DNA of 64,000 nucleotides, from assembly GCA_030295235.1 (NCBI GenBank), contig AP026149.1, forward strand, positions 744,001 through 808,000. Direction: 5' to 3'. The notes beneath the pieces are model-generated. The model ran no database searches and had not been told where the DNA came from. It saw only the letters and a list, made by a program, of their open reading frames with translations. Shown here piece after piece: positions 24,380 to 34,074 of the stretch (positions are counted from its first letter, which is position 1; each line of letters begins with the position of its first letter). Source of the stretch: Fistulifera solaris (Eukaryota). The translations under genes were made by a program, and so were the position numbers.

Positions 24380-26491
24380 TTAATCTTGATTTCGGACTGG
24401 TCGTGGAACCGTTATGGTATATTGCGACGGATCTTTTGAAAGATTCAATTTCATGATGGAAAAAGTGCCAATATCATCACGATTTCGACCTGAACTCGCA
24501 TCCTCGATCCATACATTACCTCTACAAAATATAAAGTCTTCGGCGTCATTTTTGTTGCGTGACTTCAAGTCTTCCAATGCAGGAATACTAAATGTGTTAG
24601 AAGGTAACGGCATAGCCTGTCCTTTCGTTGACAAGCGTTCCAGTGCCCCTTCCATCACAAGGACGCGCTCTTTCTTGGGCGGGATCTGTAGTCGAATGAG
24701 CAATCGGGCCGTCGCGTCGGTTTCTCCGGAGAAGGCCCATGTCCCACCAGCGGCTTTCTGTTGAGTTTCTGGATCTAAAATAGGACCTCCCGCTGTCGTT
24801 CCATCAACGCGCAAAATCAAGTTTTCTGACTGGTCCTTGTTATTTTCCATTGGTTCAAATCCTGTCGGAGAACGTACCATACGCCAAAATCCCACCAAGT
24901 GTTCACGACTAGGATACGGAGGAAGTACTGGCGTTTGTGTAGATGGTGCTTGAGACTTCTCAGCGATTAAGGTCCCGTTCTTATACTGAGCAAATATTGG
25001 ATTGTTTTCAATGGCAGGTTTGTCTTTCTTGGTAGAAAGTTGTTGCAAACTACGTTCACGAGCTCGGGAAGCGATGACGTTTTGAATTTTTTCCCGCATC
25101 CATCCATCCAACGCGGCCGGGTCTGGAGGAGACTCCGGTTTGTTCGGCTCGAGTATGGAGTCAAGTTCCACATTTTCTCGGTCGTCGACGTTCGACAATG
25201 CGTCGTTAGACTTAGCTTCAGATACACTTTGCCCGTATACTTGTTCCAATCGCTGTCTTGTTTTTGATAAGATAATGTCGTCCTCCTCGCTGTGCCTCGG
25301 TTCTGAATAAGCATTGCGTGGTTCTTCTTGGTTTTCTAGTTGGTTCGAATTCTTCAGCGACTTTTCAGCTTTTTGGATTCGTCCTTCTTGATAATCCTGA
25401 AATTCTCGTTCACGTCGCAGTATCGTTTGATTTGATCCAACGGGCAAAGGCCACGTTACACTTGGCCATGAAGCAAGCGCTTTGTTCTCTCCAGACAAGG
25501 CATAAAGTCCGATTTCCGGCAATCGCAGGTGATCTAGTCCTAATGCATCATCCATGTATTGTATCCAAAACAAAGGCGAAATCCCATTCCCTCCTTGATC
25601 TGATGTGAGTGTATATCGTTGATTGTTGTCGTCGTCTGCAGTAATATTGTGTGCGCTTTTTAATATCATTTCCCAGTCATCGGGTAACTGCAGGAAGGGA
25701 AGACGTAATTCTGTCTCTTGCTTCTGTTCCCGAGCCCAGGATAAAGTCCAAGACGACGACTGCTGAAGCAATGTTTGGTTCAAACTTTGCACAAAAGAGT
25801 TAACGCAAGGACTGACGTAGTCCGAAGTCGCAAACAAGACACTATTGTCGACGTTGTTTCCCTCCAATCCTTTCCACGACACCATCCACGGTTCCTGCTG
25901 CAATTCCGGTTGTTGTAATACAGTTTCGATGCATTCCTGCAGTTGCTGCAAAGCCTCATTCGGAACTTCTTCCTTCTTCATTTCGAGTTGCAATAAAGGC
26001 AGACGCAAAGCCGCCGCAGGGATGCACGCATGCACCAAAATGGGACAATGGTAGAGAATAGCGCGTTGGATGCTTTCCAATTCAAGTGCTAATTCGTGAC
26101 ATGTCTCCATCGGAACAGCAATCAAGTATTTTTGTGTTGATTGTTGACGGTTCATTTTCATGTTCTTTTTCCTGTCGTTGCTCGTCCAGTCGTCTTTATG
26201 GTTTTCATTCAAAAAGTTGCGAATGAATTGAGACATTTGTGATGATTCTTCGGGTCGTTGGGATAAAGCTAGAGGTGACCTTGTCGACACTTGATGTCGT
26301 TTTGATTGTTGATGAGGAAAAACCGTCCATCCTCGAACGGCATTCACCGCAAAAAGAAGGAAAAGCAATTTCGTGTTTGTGAGGAGAATGAAAGACATGA
26401 TTGCTTTACTATAAAACATTGAGATAATAAGAATCATCATCATGATCGTCGCGAGTCGCGAGAGGCGAGTTATGGCGTTTTGATTATACAC
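24380..26491 (-). CDS. Uncharacterised, probably plastid-targeted protein: degenerate AKAP7/2H-like region plus a C-terminal beta-rich domain
   Basis: 703-aa ORF. The true start may be the downstream MSFILL...AVNAVRG-WTVF (signal peptide followed by an aromatic residue). Domain calls are by eye. Confidence 0.75.
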   Translation of the reverse strand: MYNQNAITRLSRLATIMMMILIISMFYSKAIMSFILLTNTKLLFLLFAVNAVRGWTVFPHQQSKRHQVSTRSPLALSQRPEESSQMSQFIRNFLNENHKDDWTSNDRKKNMKMNRQQSTQKYLIAVPMETCHELALELESIQRAILYHCPILVHACIPAAALRLPLLQLEMKKEEVPNEALQQLQECIETVLQQPELQQEPWMVSWKGLEGNNVDNSVLFATSDYVSPCVNSFVQSLNQTLLQQSSSWTLSWAREQKQETELRLPFLQLPDDWEMILKSAHNITADDDNNQRYTLTSDQGGNGISPLFWIQYMDDALGLDHLRLPEIGLYALSGENKALASWPSVTWPLPVGSNQTILRREREFQDYQEGRIQKAEKSLKNSNQLENQEEPRNAYSEPRHSEEDDIILSKTRQRLEQVYGQSVSEAKSNDALSNVDDRENVELDSILEPNKPESPPDPAALDGWMREKIQNVIASRARERSLQQLSTKKDKPAIENNPIFAQYKNGTLIAEKSQAPSTQTPVLPPYPSREHLVGFWRMVRSPTGFEPMENNKDQSENLILRVDGTTAGGPILDPETQQKAAGGTWAFSGETDATARLLIRLQIPPKKERVLVMEGALERLSTKGQAMPLPSNTFSIPALEDLKSRNKNDAEDFIFCRGNVWIEDASSGRNRDDIGTFSIMKLNLSKDPSQYTITVPRPVRNQD

Positions 26492-27014
26492 TTCGCGCTT
26501 TTGTTTGTGGTCAGTGGCGTTTCAGGGTCAGGTGACTGAAATTTAGTCGCGATCGCGTACAACCAACACTTTACCGTTATAGTGAAAATGGCAGTCGACG
26601 ATACGGGGGCTTTCGACACAGATAGTTGCGTTTCGAGTGAAGAGGATAGTTAGTTCATGTATTGGTATTTTCATGGCATTTATACTGATAACTATTATGT
26701 AATTATGTAAGGATCAGTTGATGTCATCGTCGTCTTGCAGAGAAAGAAAGTATTGATGACATCCAGGCCTACAGGACGATAGGTTTTAGCAAAATACACA
26801 GGGTATGAGATCCCGCATGGGTTGGGTGATCCGGTCTCGGCTAAAGTAGGCCTGTACGTAGTAGTGCATGCGGGTGAAAAATAGATCCTGCTATTCTTAT
26901 CTTTCGAAACAAAGTTCGATCCAGCAATGAAAAAGCCCTCCAAGTGAAAGTGAAACTCGACATGCAGTGCACACGAGGGGAACACACGTGACACGAGACA
27001 TCTTGACACATGGT

Positions 27015-27065
27015 GATTGTTCAGCAGCAATTTGTTTGGTTTGCATGTTGCTGCGTCATTCATAG
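27015..27065 (-). promoter_or_regulatory. Candidate SECIS element in the 3' UTR of the UGUU gene
   Basis: Minus strand reads AUGAC-GCAGCAA-CAUGC-AAA-CCAAACAAA-UUGCUGC-UGAA: an AUGA/GA core, a 7-bp perfect stem, and AAA 12 nt above the core. Confidence 0.6.
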
Positions 27066-27123
27066 GGATAGTTCAGCTGAGATTCGGAATTCGTTCGTTC
27101 TTGTGCATAATTTGGACTACTTG

Positions 27124-27830
27124 TTAGAGCTCATCACCCGCAGTGGACTCGGTCTTTCGTGCAGCAATCATCTTGGAAAGGATGCGACGGCGACGTAGAT
27201 TCCATTCTTGTAATCCCTCTTGCAATCGCTCGACATCCATACGCGAAATACGCTGATACTCCTGCTCAATTTCCTCCAACGTTTTAGGACTCATGCGCTC
27301 CAAGTAATCAACTTCATGCTGATTGCAATTGGTGTTATCCAATCCACACAAAACCGTCTTTCCGTACTCTTCAATGTAATCGACCATGGCATCAAAGGTA
27401 CCGAGTTCATCGCAGATGGATTTGGTTGTTTTCTTGACATACGAACCACCTTCGACACCCGTTTCACTCGTAAAGTAACGAATGGTCGGCCAACCGCCAC
27501 TGCCCGGATTGTGAGGAGATCCTCTGACATCGGAGCCGGCTTCGGCTAAATTGATGTCGCCTAAGACGACATCGTTGTTCCCCTGAAACGCCCGCACGGC
27601 ACGATTCCATGCGGGCGCTTGCTTTCGTCATCACCCTCATCTCGAACTGGCTATCCAGCGAACGAAAGCGGTTTTGCCGTTGGAAGAAGCTGCCGTGACA
27701 AAGTTTCGAGCGCTTCGCGATCTTGGATTTCCTTCACTAGCGAAAAGTGTCCTTCGGGGTAAATGGCTTGCACAACAGTCATCGAGCACAGCCAATAAAT
27801 GACCGCGAGGCCGCTGCTAAACGCCTTCAT
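27124..27830 (-). CDS. Secretory thioredoxin/PDI-like selenoprotein with a U-G-U-U motif
   Basis: Signal peptide MKAFSSGLAVIYWLCSMTVVQA, then ...GKTAFVRWIASSR-TGA-G-TGA-TGA-RKQAPAWNRAVRAFQGNNDVVLGDINLA...GGWPTIRYF...TAGDEL. The TGAs at 27637-39, 27631-33 and 27628-30 are in frame with ORF 27124..27597. One missing base in the A-run near 27701. Confidence 0.85.
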
Positions 27831-28074
27831 CGCTTTATTTACACGTCTCCTGTCGCTTCTCTTTCTTATGAGCTGTGAAAATATTACGCACCGATAAGGA
27901 ACGAGCAGTCTTTGTGACAACAGTTTTGGACTCGAATCTTCTCTCTTTGATTGTCACCAAAAGTCGGCAAAGCAGCAAGACTGTGACCGTTGGTGTTGTA
28001 TTGTGTGTTGTGGCGGATCAGGTCGGAAAACAACGTACGTCGACAGACTGTACCGCTGCGACAGAGAACAAAAA

Positions 28075-29539
28075 CTAGATACCATCGGCTTCGAACGTAA
28101 TAATTCGTCCACAATCGTCCATAAGTTGATTCATGCGCAAAGATGGTTGATCGGTTACATCAATGAAGCTTCCAATGATTCGCGCCGGTACTCCTACTGC
28201 CACTGAATGTGCAGGAAGATCGGCAATCACCAAAGTTCCAGCTCCAATTTGACATCCGTCCCCTTCAGCACGACACAAAGTTAGTCAGTATCAACTAAAG
28301 ACATGACCCATGAGTATCAACGTATCTCATAGTTCTTACCGATACGAACGGGACCGAGCAGTGTGGCACCTGCTCCCAACAAAACACCATTTCCGACTTT
28401 GGGATGTCGATCGACGCCTTTCTTTCCCGATCCGCCCAAAGTTACATGATGCAAAATACTGCAATTGTGACCAATAGATGCCTGTAAAGCACGAAATCGC
28501 GTGCGTATCCAGAAATTAGACTCGTGGAATGACGTCGAAATGAGACTCTTTTTCGTCTTACCGTAGATCCAATCACAACACCCGTCCCATGATCGAGTAA
28601 AATACCGCTCCCCAATGTAGCCGCTGGATGAATATCAATTTGAAATGTTTGTGAACTTTGTGATTGCAAAAGAGTGCTTGCGTATGTTTTCCCTGACTCC
28701 ACAAATAATGCGCGACGCGGTGGGTTTGGAGAGCGTGAAAGCCCTTAAAGTACAAAAAAAGCATCGGGCAAGTAGCTGCAGGCAGGATCACGATCCCGTA
28801 CAGCCATAATATCTGCTCGCAAAGATCGTCGAAACACTGGACTGTGTTGCAGAGCATCCAAAACGAGCGATTGCAACTGTGTTGAAATCATCATAGCAGG
28901 GCTTTGTAACCGATTGGCTAGCAAGAAGGCCAGTGAACTTTCGAGAGATGGATGATTGAGAATCGTGCTGTGCAGAAACGATACCAGTAGTGGCTCTCGG
29001 TTGGCTTGCTCGTAAGCTTCATGGCGGAGGAGATCCCAAACGCGATCAATTTTGCCATCTTGACTGTAGACTGTTTCGGGGATGCTGAGATCAATGTCGG
29101 GATAAAGGGGAATTATCGATGCCTTCACGTCTTCAGACGACAACGTCAATGACGATGAAAGTGTATTGTCTGGATTCGTAGCGGCAAAGTGTTGTTCGTC
29201 CCATAATGCCGAACGCAAAGTCTGTGATGTTTCATCGTGGGCTACCACATGATGTGTTGTCACGACAGAAACGTTGGTAGTCGTTGCTGTAGCTGTGTCT
29301 TCCGAAGACACTGAAGCAAGGCTGACATACGATATCTTATTGTGGACAAGAGATGGCTTTTCCACGGGGAGAGGAGCAATCCAGTGTTTTGCCGCATCCG
29401 TGTTGTCATCATCTTCTCTTCCTAGTTTGTAGCGAACACCGAAAAGAGAAAATGATATTCTTGCGAACGATGCATGCAGAGGAAGCCACGCCGCCGTCAG
29501 TGCGGGAAAAAGGAGGCGCAGTAGGTATAAAAACTTCAT
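28075..29539 (-). CDS. cysE: Serine O-acetyltransferase, probably plastid-targeted
   Basis: EPLLVSFLHSTILNHPSLESSLA, DRDPAC, YFKGFHALQTHRVAH, DIHPAATLGSGILLDHGTGVVIG, HVTLGGSGK..DRHPKVG, AVGVPARII. Introns 28482-28561 and 28263-28339. Two homopolymer indels (~28757, ~28670). Confidence 0.92.
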
Positions 29540-30237
29540 GATGTAATAAAAGTAAAAGATTAGAATAAGCACGGCTGATTATGATGATTTGATATTTGAT
29601 TGAAGATCGGACTGCGAGAACTTCATATTCATCAAGACTGGATTTCAGTCATGAGAGGAGAACGATTCTTTTTGTGCGCGCATAACCCGCGTTGTTGTGT
29701 TTGCAACTTACGTATACTTTCATGCCTTAGGTGAGAATATGATTAAAACTTAATATGAGTAACATCGATTTCAACTGATGAGGTAAAAAAAGGAAAGATG
29801 CACCGCTCTTAAACTTAACGTGATTTTGCGCTTGGCCGCCGTAGCATATTCATCGATGTCTGAGGCAAACCCGGATGTGCTCCCTTTTCACCACTCCATT
29901 TGTAGACCTGCTTTTGCACCAAAAGTAAGTTTCACTTTCACCAACATTAATAGGCTTACCGTCAAGCAACGAGAAACAGCTATTTTAACTGATAAGGTAA
30001 AATCGAGGAAAGTTGCACCGCAACGAGAATCTACGTGTGTTTCACGTCCGCCTCGCAAAACTTATCGATGTAAGGGTTACCCGGATCATTGCATTGAGTA
30101 TCTCGACATCTCCATTTACAAGCCAACTTGACACCAAAATCGCTTTTACTTTGACTGACATCCTTAGAGTGGCATCGATTTCAACTCAAACGTAGCAAAT
30201 TGGTAAGACGCAACGCTTTTACGTACTACAGGAAGGA

Positions 30238-30545
30238 ACGTTAAAATTCTGCCTCCCATTACAAGATTCTACGTAGCGTCTACGACAAGGCAGAATTTTA
30301 ACGCCGTTCCCAGGAATGGTACGGACATTTGTTTATCGACTGAGCGAAAGAGATTTGCCAGAAAGTCGTACAGGTACCCGTATCCCTTAAAAATCATACT
30401 CACATGCTTTAACCTTTTTTACTGGGAACTGGGAAGTAGAAGTCCTATAGTCCTACCGGTAGTACCGTACCTTGTACGGCGTTAAAATTCTGCCTCGTCG
30501 TAGACACTATGTAGAATCTTGTACTGGGAGGCAGAATTTTAACGT
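30238..30545. mobile_element. MITE-like element with ~70-bp terminal inverted repeats, each internally palindromic
   Basis: 30238-30307 is the reverse complement of 30476-30545 with 4 mismatches. Each arm is bounded by cgttaaaattctgcct...aggcagaattttaacg. Mobility is inferred only. Confidence 0.6.
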
Positions 30546-32639
30546 CCTGCGCGTACGGTACTACGTAGTAGTAGAAAAGTGTTCGACATACAAAGTACCA
30601 TACCATGTATAGAGACCATAGGTAGCACGAAGCCGCGAAGCCTCGAAACCCCGAAGTAAAACGCGATGAAGATCTCGCGGTGGTCTTTGCTCATAAATAA
30701 TGATCTTGACTATTATTGACTCGTTTGATATGTATTTTGGGTCTACCTTGCTAGCGATCAATCCCGTTTTCGTCGGAGATGCAAATTGGCGATCGAAAAC
30801 TGGTCTCGAAAACGGAAACGGCCGCGAAAACCGCTCCCCGCACGACACTCGACAATCAACCATTTGCCATTTGCTGCCTCTTTTCTTCTCACAAATCGCA
30901 CGTTGTGTCAAATCACACACGAAGTGCGATTTGTCACTAACGAAGCAGTGCATCTTGTCACTTGCTCACCTTGCTCTTGTTTCTCATTTGCTTATTGCAG
31001 TCAGATATTACAATGATCTTCGTCCGCAGGGAACCACACCTTACCGACGGGTAGTGCACGGACCCTGCGGAGTAGCCCCTACCACAATGGGAGCAAGAGA
31101 AATCGCGTGTGCCTTGAAGCCTCCGTCCTTCTCTTGCTCTGGAGAGAGGCCGAGTGATGTGCTGAGCCCTGAGGCCTTCACCGCTCCTCGCCTCAAGTTC
31201 TCTGTGTCAAGGAATTAGTGATGTGCTGTGCCTCGGTGCCTTCGCCGCTCCTCGCCTTGATTCTCTTTTTTCGATAGACCATGGCAAAGACCATGGTCAA
31301 AGTGCGGCCTGAGGGTAACTTCAGTGCTGGTACCAGCGTATGCGTGGCAGGGTGCGGAAGTAAGAGGAGAGTCGCTTACTCGACACCCATAGATGGTGTC
31401 GTGCTGGAGGAAAAACTCCAAGCACAATAAATCCACGGTGACGACCTGGTATGCAATCACTCCGTAAAGTTGCCATGGAAATTCCACGACAGAGGAGGAT
31501 GGCACCAACGGCGACGGCCTCTAAGGAGGACCGATACGACCGTTTGCGATGACCATACCTAGCCCGGTGGCGTCCCCCAGATTGGCGGCCGACCCCCGCT
31601 AAAGGAGGGCCGGCTGGAAACCAGCTGGAAGAGGTTAGCTCCATATTAAGGCAGCATGGTAGAAATTCCACCCGAAGGATAACCCCGGCGACAAAAGTCG
31701 ACTGAGAAGGCATACCTTGAGGTGGCGGCCCCGTGTTGAGGCCAAGACCCAACATCGAGAAGGCTCGCTCTACCCGACCCCAATTGGGTTGTTTGATTGC
31801 ATTTTAAGCATACGCGTCCTCCGTCCGACAAAGGGCGGCGCCTAAAAAAAGGTGGAAAATGGATCACAAAAGTGTAAGCTCTCTTCCACACTGTCTCAGT
31901 CAAAGACTGAGACTGCGCCAGCCAAAGCTGGCTCATAAGATCAATCTGAAGCAAAAGTAAAAGTTACATAAATAATACATAAACTAGAATCAAACAAGAC
32001 AAAAAAGAAAGGTTTTAGTCTATGTCTAGTTGCAGCAGTAGTTTGACTTCATTCCCTCGAAATAGTTGTTACGAATTGCATCGCTTTTAAACGGCGTGTG
32101 CAACATCATCGTGCAGGAAGCGTTGAATATTGACTCGAGTGAAAAACGCACTTCGTCCCCTTGCCTTCCGGTCAGCGCTCCTATTAGCAACAGCAATGCG
32201 AGTACTTTGCTCTCATATACAGCGCTTCTTGCGTCAACATCAAATCAACGATCGATCGCACTCCTCGAACGAAAGTAATAAAATTCATTTGTCAATAGGA
32301 TTTTGTCTGTGTCAGCGCGATGCCTGATAAAGCCAGCGGAGCGGGTTGCGGAAGGATTTATCAACAATGCCTTCAGGAACTCAAACGAATTGCACGGTCT
32401 TTGTCGTAGGATTTGGTTGACCTTTTTGATCCTTCCACTCTCTTGACATAATTAAGATCTCCTTTTGATTATCAAGACAGAAAAGCAAAAACTATCGATC
32501 GATTCGATCGGACGATGAACGTGCCAGTGGTCTGAACTGTCGGGGTTCTCTCAAGCGCGAAAACCATTTTAGATACTTTCAAAAATCCTTCCCTCGAAAA
32601 CGTTTCACATTCCGGCGTCTGTTACAGTTAACCCGCTTC

Positions 32640-32970
32640 ATTGATTTAACGCTGTGTCTGCTCGTCTCACAACGCCAAGTGTAAATTCAGTGATGTTTCA
32701 TCGTGGATTATCACGCATCAAGCTGAAAGGAAAGCCACGTTTGCAGCCGTTGTTGTAGCTGTATTTTCCGGACGGGGTCGACTGCAGAACAGAAAGAGGT
32801 GATACGGAATGCTCTGCCGCAACCGCTGACGTTGTCTTCGTTATTTCTGCGCGGAATGATGGGTGGTGTGCATAAATAACAGCGACGAATGCAAAGGAAG
32901 CCACGCCGCCGTCAACGACTTCAGTTGTGAATTCCCTGGATCAGTCGGGAAAAAGTGAACGCAATAGCGA
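32640..32970 (-). pseudogene. Degenerate duplicate of the 5' end of the serine acetyltransferase gene
   Basis: ggaagccacgccgccgtca (~32897 versus 29481), tgatgtttcatcgtgg (32691 versus 29225) and tgtagctgt (~32754 versus ~29289) occur in collinear order. Confidence 0.55.
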
Positions 32971-34074
32971 CCCAACCTTTCGGATATAACGGTTCTTGTG
33001 ACAATCGCAGGGCCGTACGCTCGTAAATAGAATCATCATTCACTTGAACACGGATAGCATTCGACCGAAATCTCCCATTCTTTTCCCGCTACCTTGCATC
33101 GCATTAGAAGAAAAATCTGTGACAATTCGAAAATGTCCCGTATTTATCTTAGTTCGGACGAACCCATCTTGTATACCCAGGTACATTATTCGGTAAGACT
33201 GTCAGTAAAATCGTTTCGTCATTCGAAATGTTTAACGGAGAAGAAAAGGAAGGATTAAAAATGGTCGAGCATCGATATGAGCTTGACAATTCTATACGAT
33301 CAAAACTCCTTTTGTTACAGAGAGAACGCAATGGCAAAGAATTAACAGGTAGAGCGCCGAGGGCAAGAAACGAGGGAGAAAAGGGCTTTGTATCGTGGTG
33401 ATTTTCGAAGATTCGGTCACAATAAAAAAGGCTGAGATTTTTTAAGCTGGGTCATCGGACAGAAGTCAGAATATTGGTAAATTCTTCCATATATCGTGTC
33501 TTTTGGGTCCCCAGAAAGTCTGGGGACGCATACATTTTGGGTGATCGAACGGAAATCTGTTTTACCAATAATCAGAGTAGCATTATTTCAAGGCATGATG
33601 GCGCGCTGTCAATTGTTCTTCATGTAACGTTTATTCACTTCAAATTCTGCTCCATGAGAACGAATGACAACAGGAGAGGTACCTGGTAGGCATGTTTTTC
33701 GCAAGGAAAAGGATAATTGTTCCATCGATCTGGGTTGGTTCCATGGTTCCATCTCCTATCGTCCTTCGACTTGCGCAGTCGAACGTCGAACACCAGACAG
33801 ACGGGAAGAGCAAGAATGCAGCACATGTGGGTTTAGACTGGCGTGATGTGTCAATAAATAATAATAGCGATGATCTTGTACTTTTTTCTAGGCAGTCTCG
33901 CCATGTAACATTTGCAGAGCTGCAAACCGCAAACGGCAAAGATTCAATAGGAGTAGCTCATACCGGTAATATCTTTAACTACTTGTACTCTGCAACTTTG
34001 TTCAATCAAATAAATAATCATTCATTAAATAGTTTCGCAGCACAGAGGGAAAGAGGCTCTTGATTTCATGCATC

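Noticed and set aside
26719..26763. gatgtcatc...gatgacatc hairpin as a second SECIS
   Set aside because: It is a 9-bp inverted repeat without the AUGA/GA core geometry or a suitably placed apical AA on the minus strand.
30950..31970. Coding-like, more GC-rich segment as a gene or transposase
   Set aside because: No sustained ORF or recognisable motif; it cannot be assigned without blastx.
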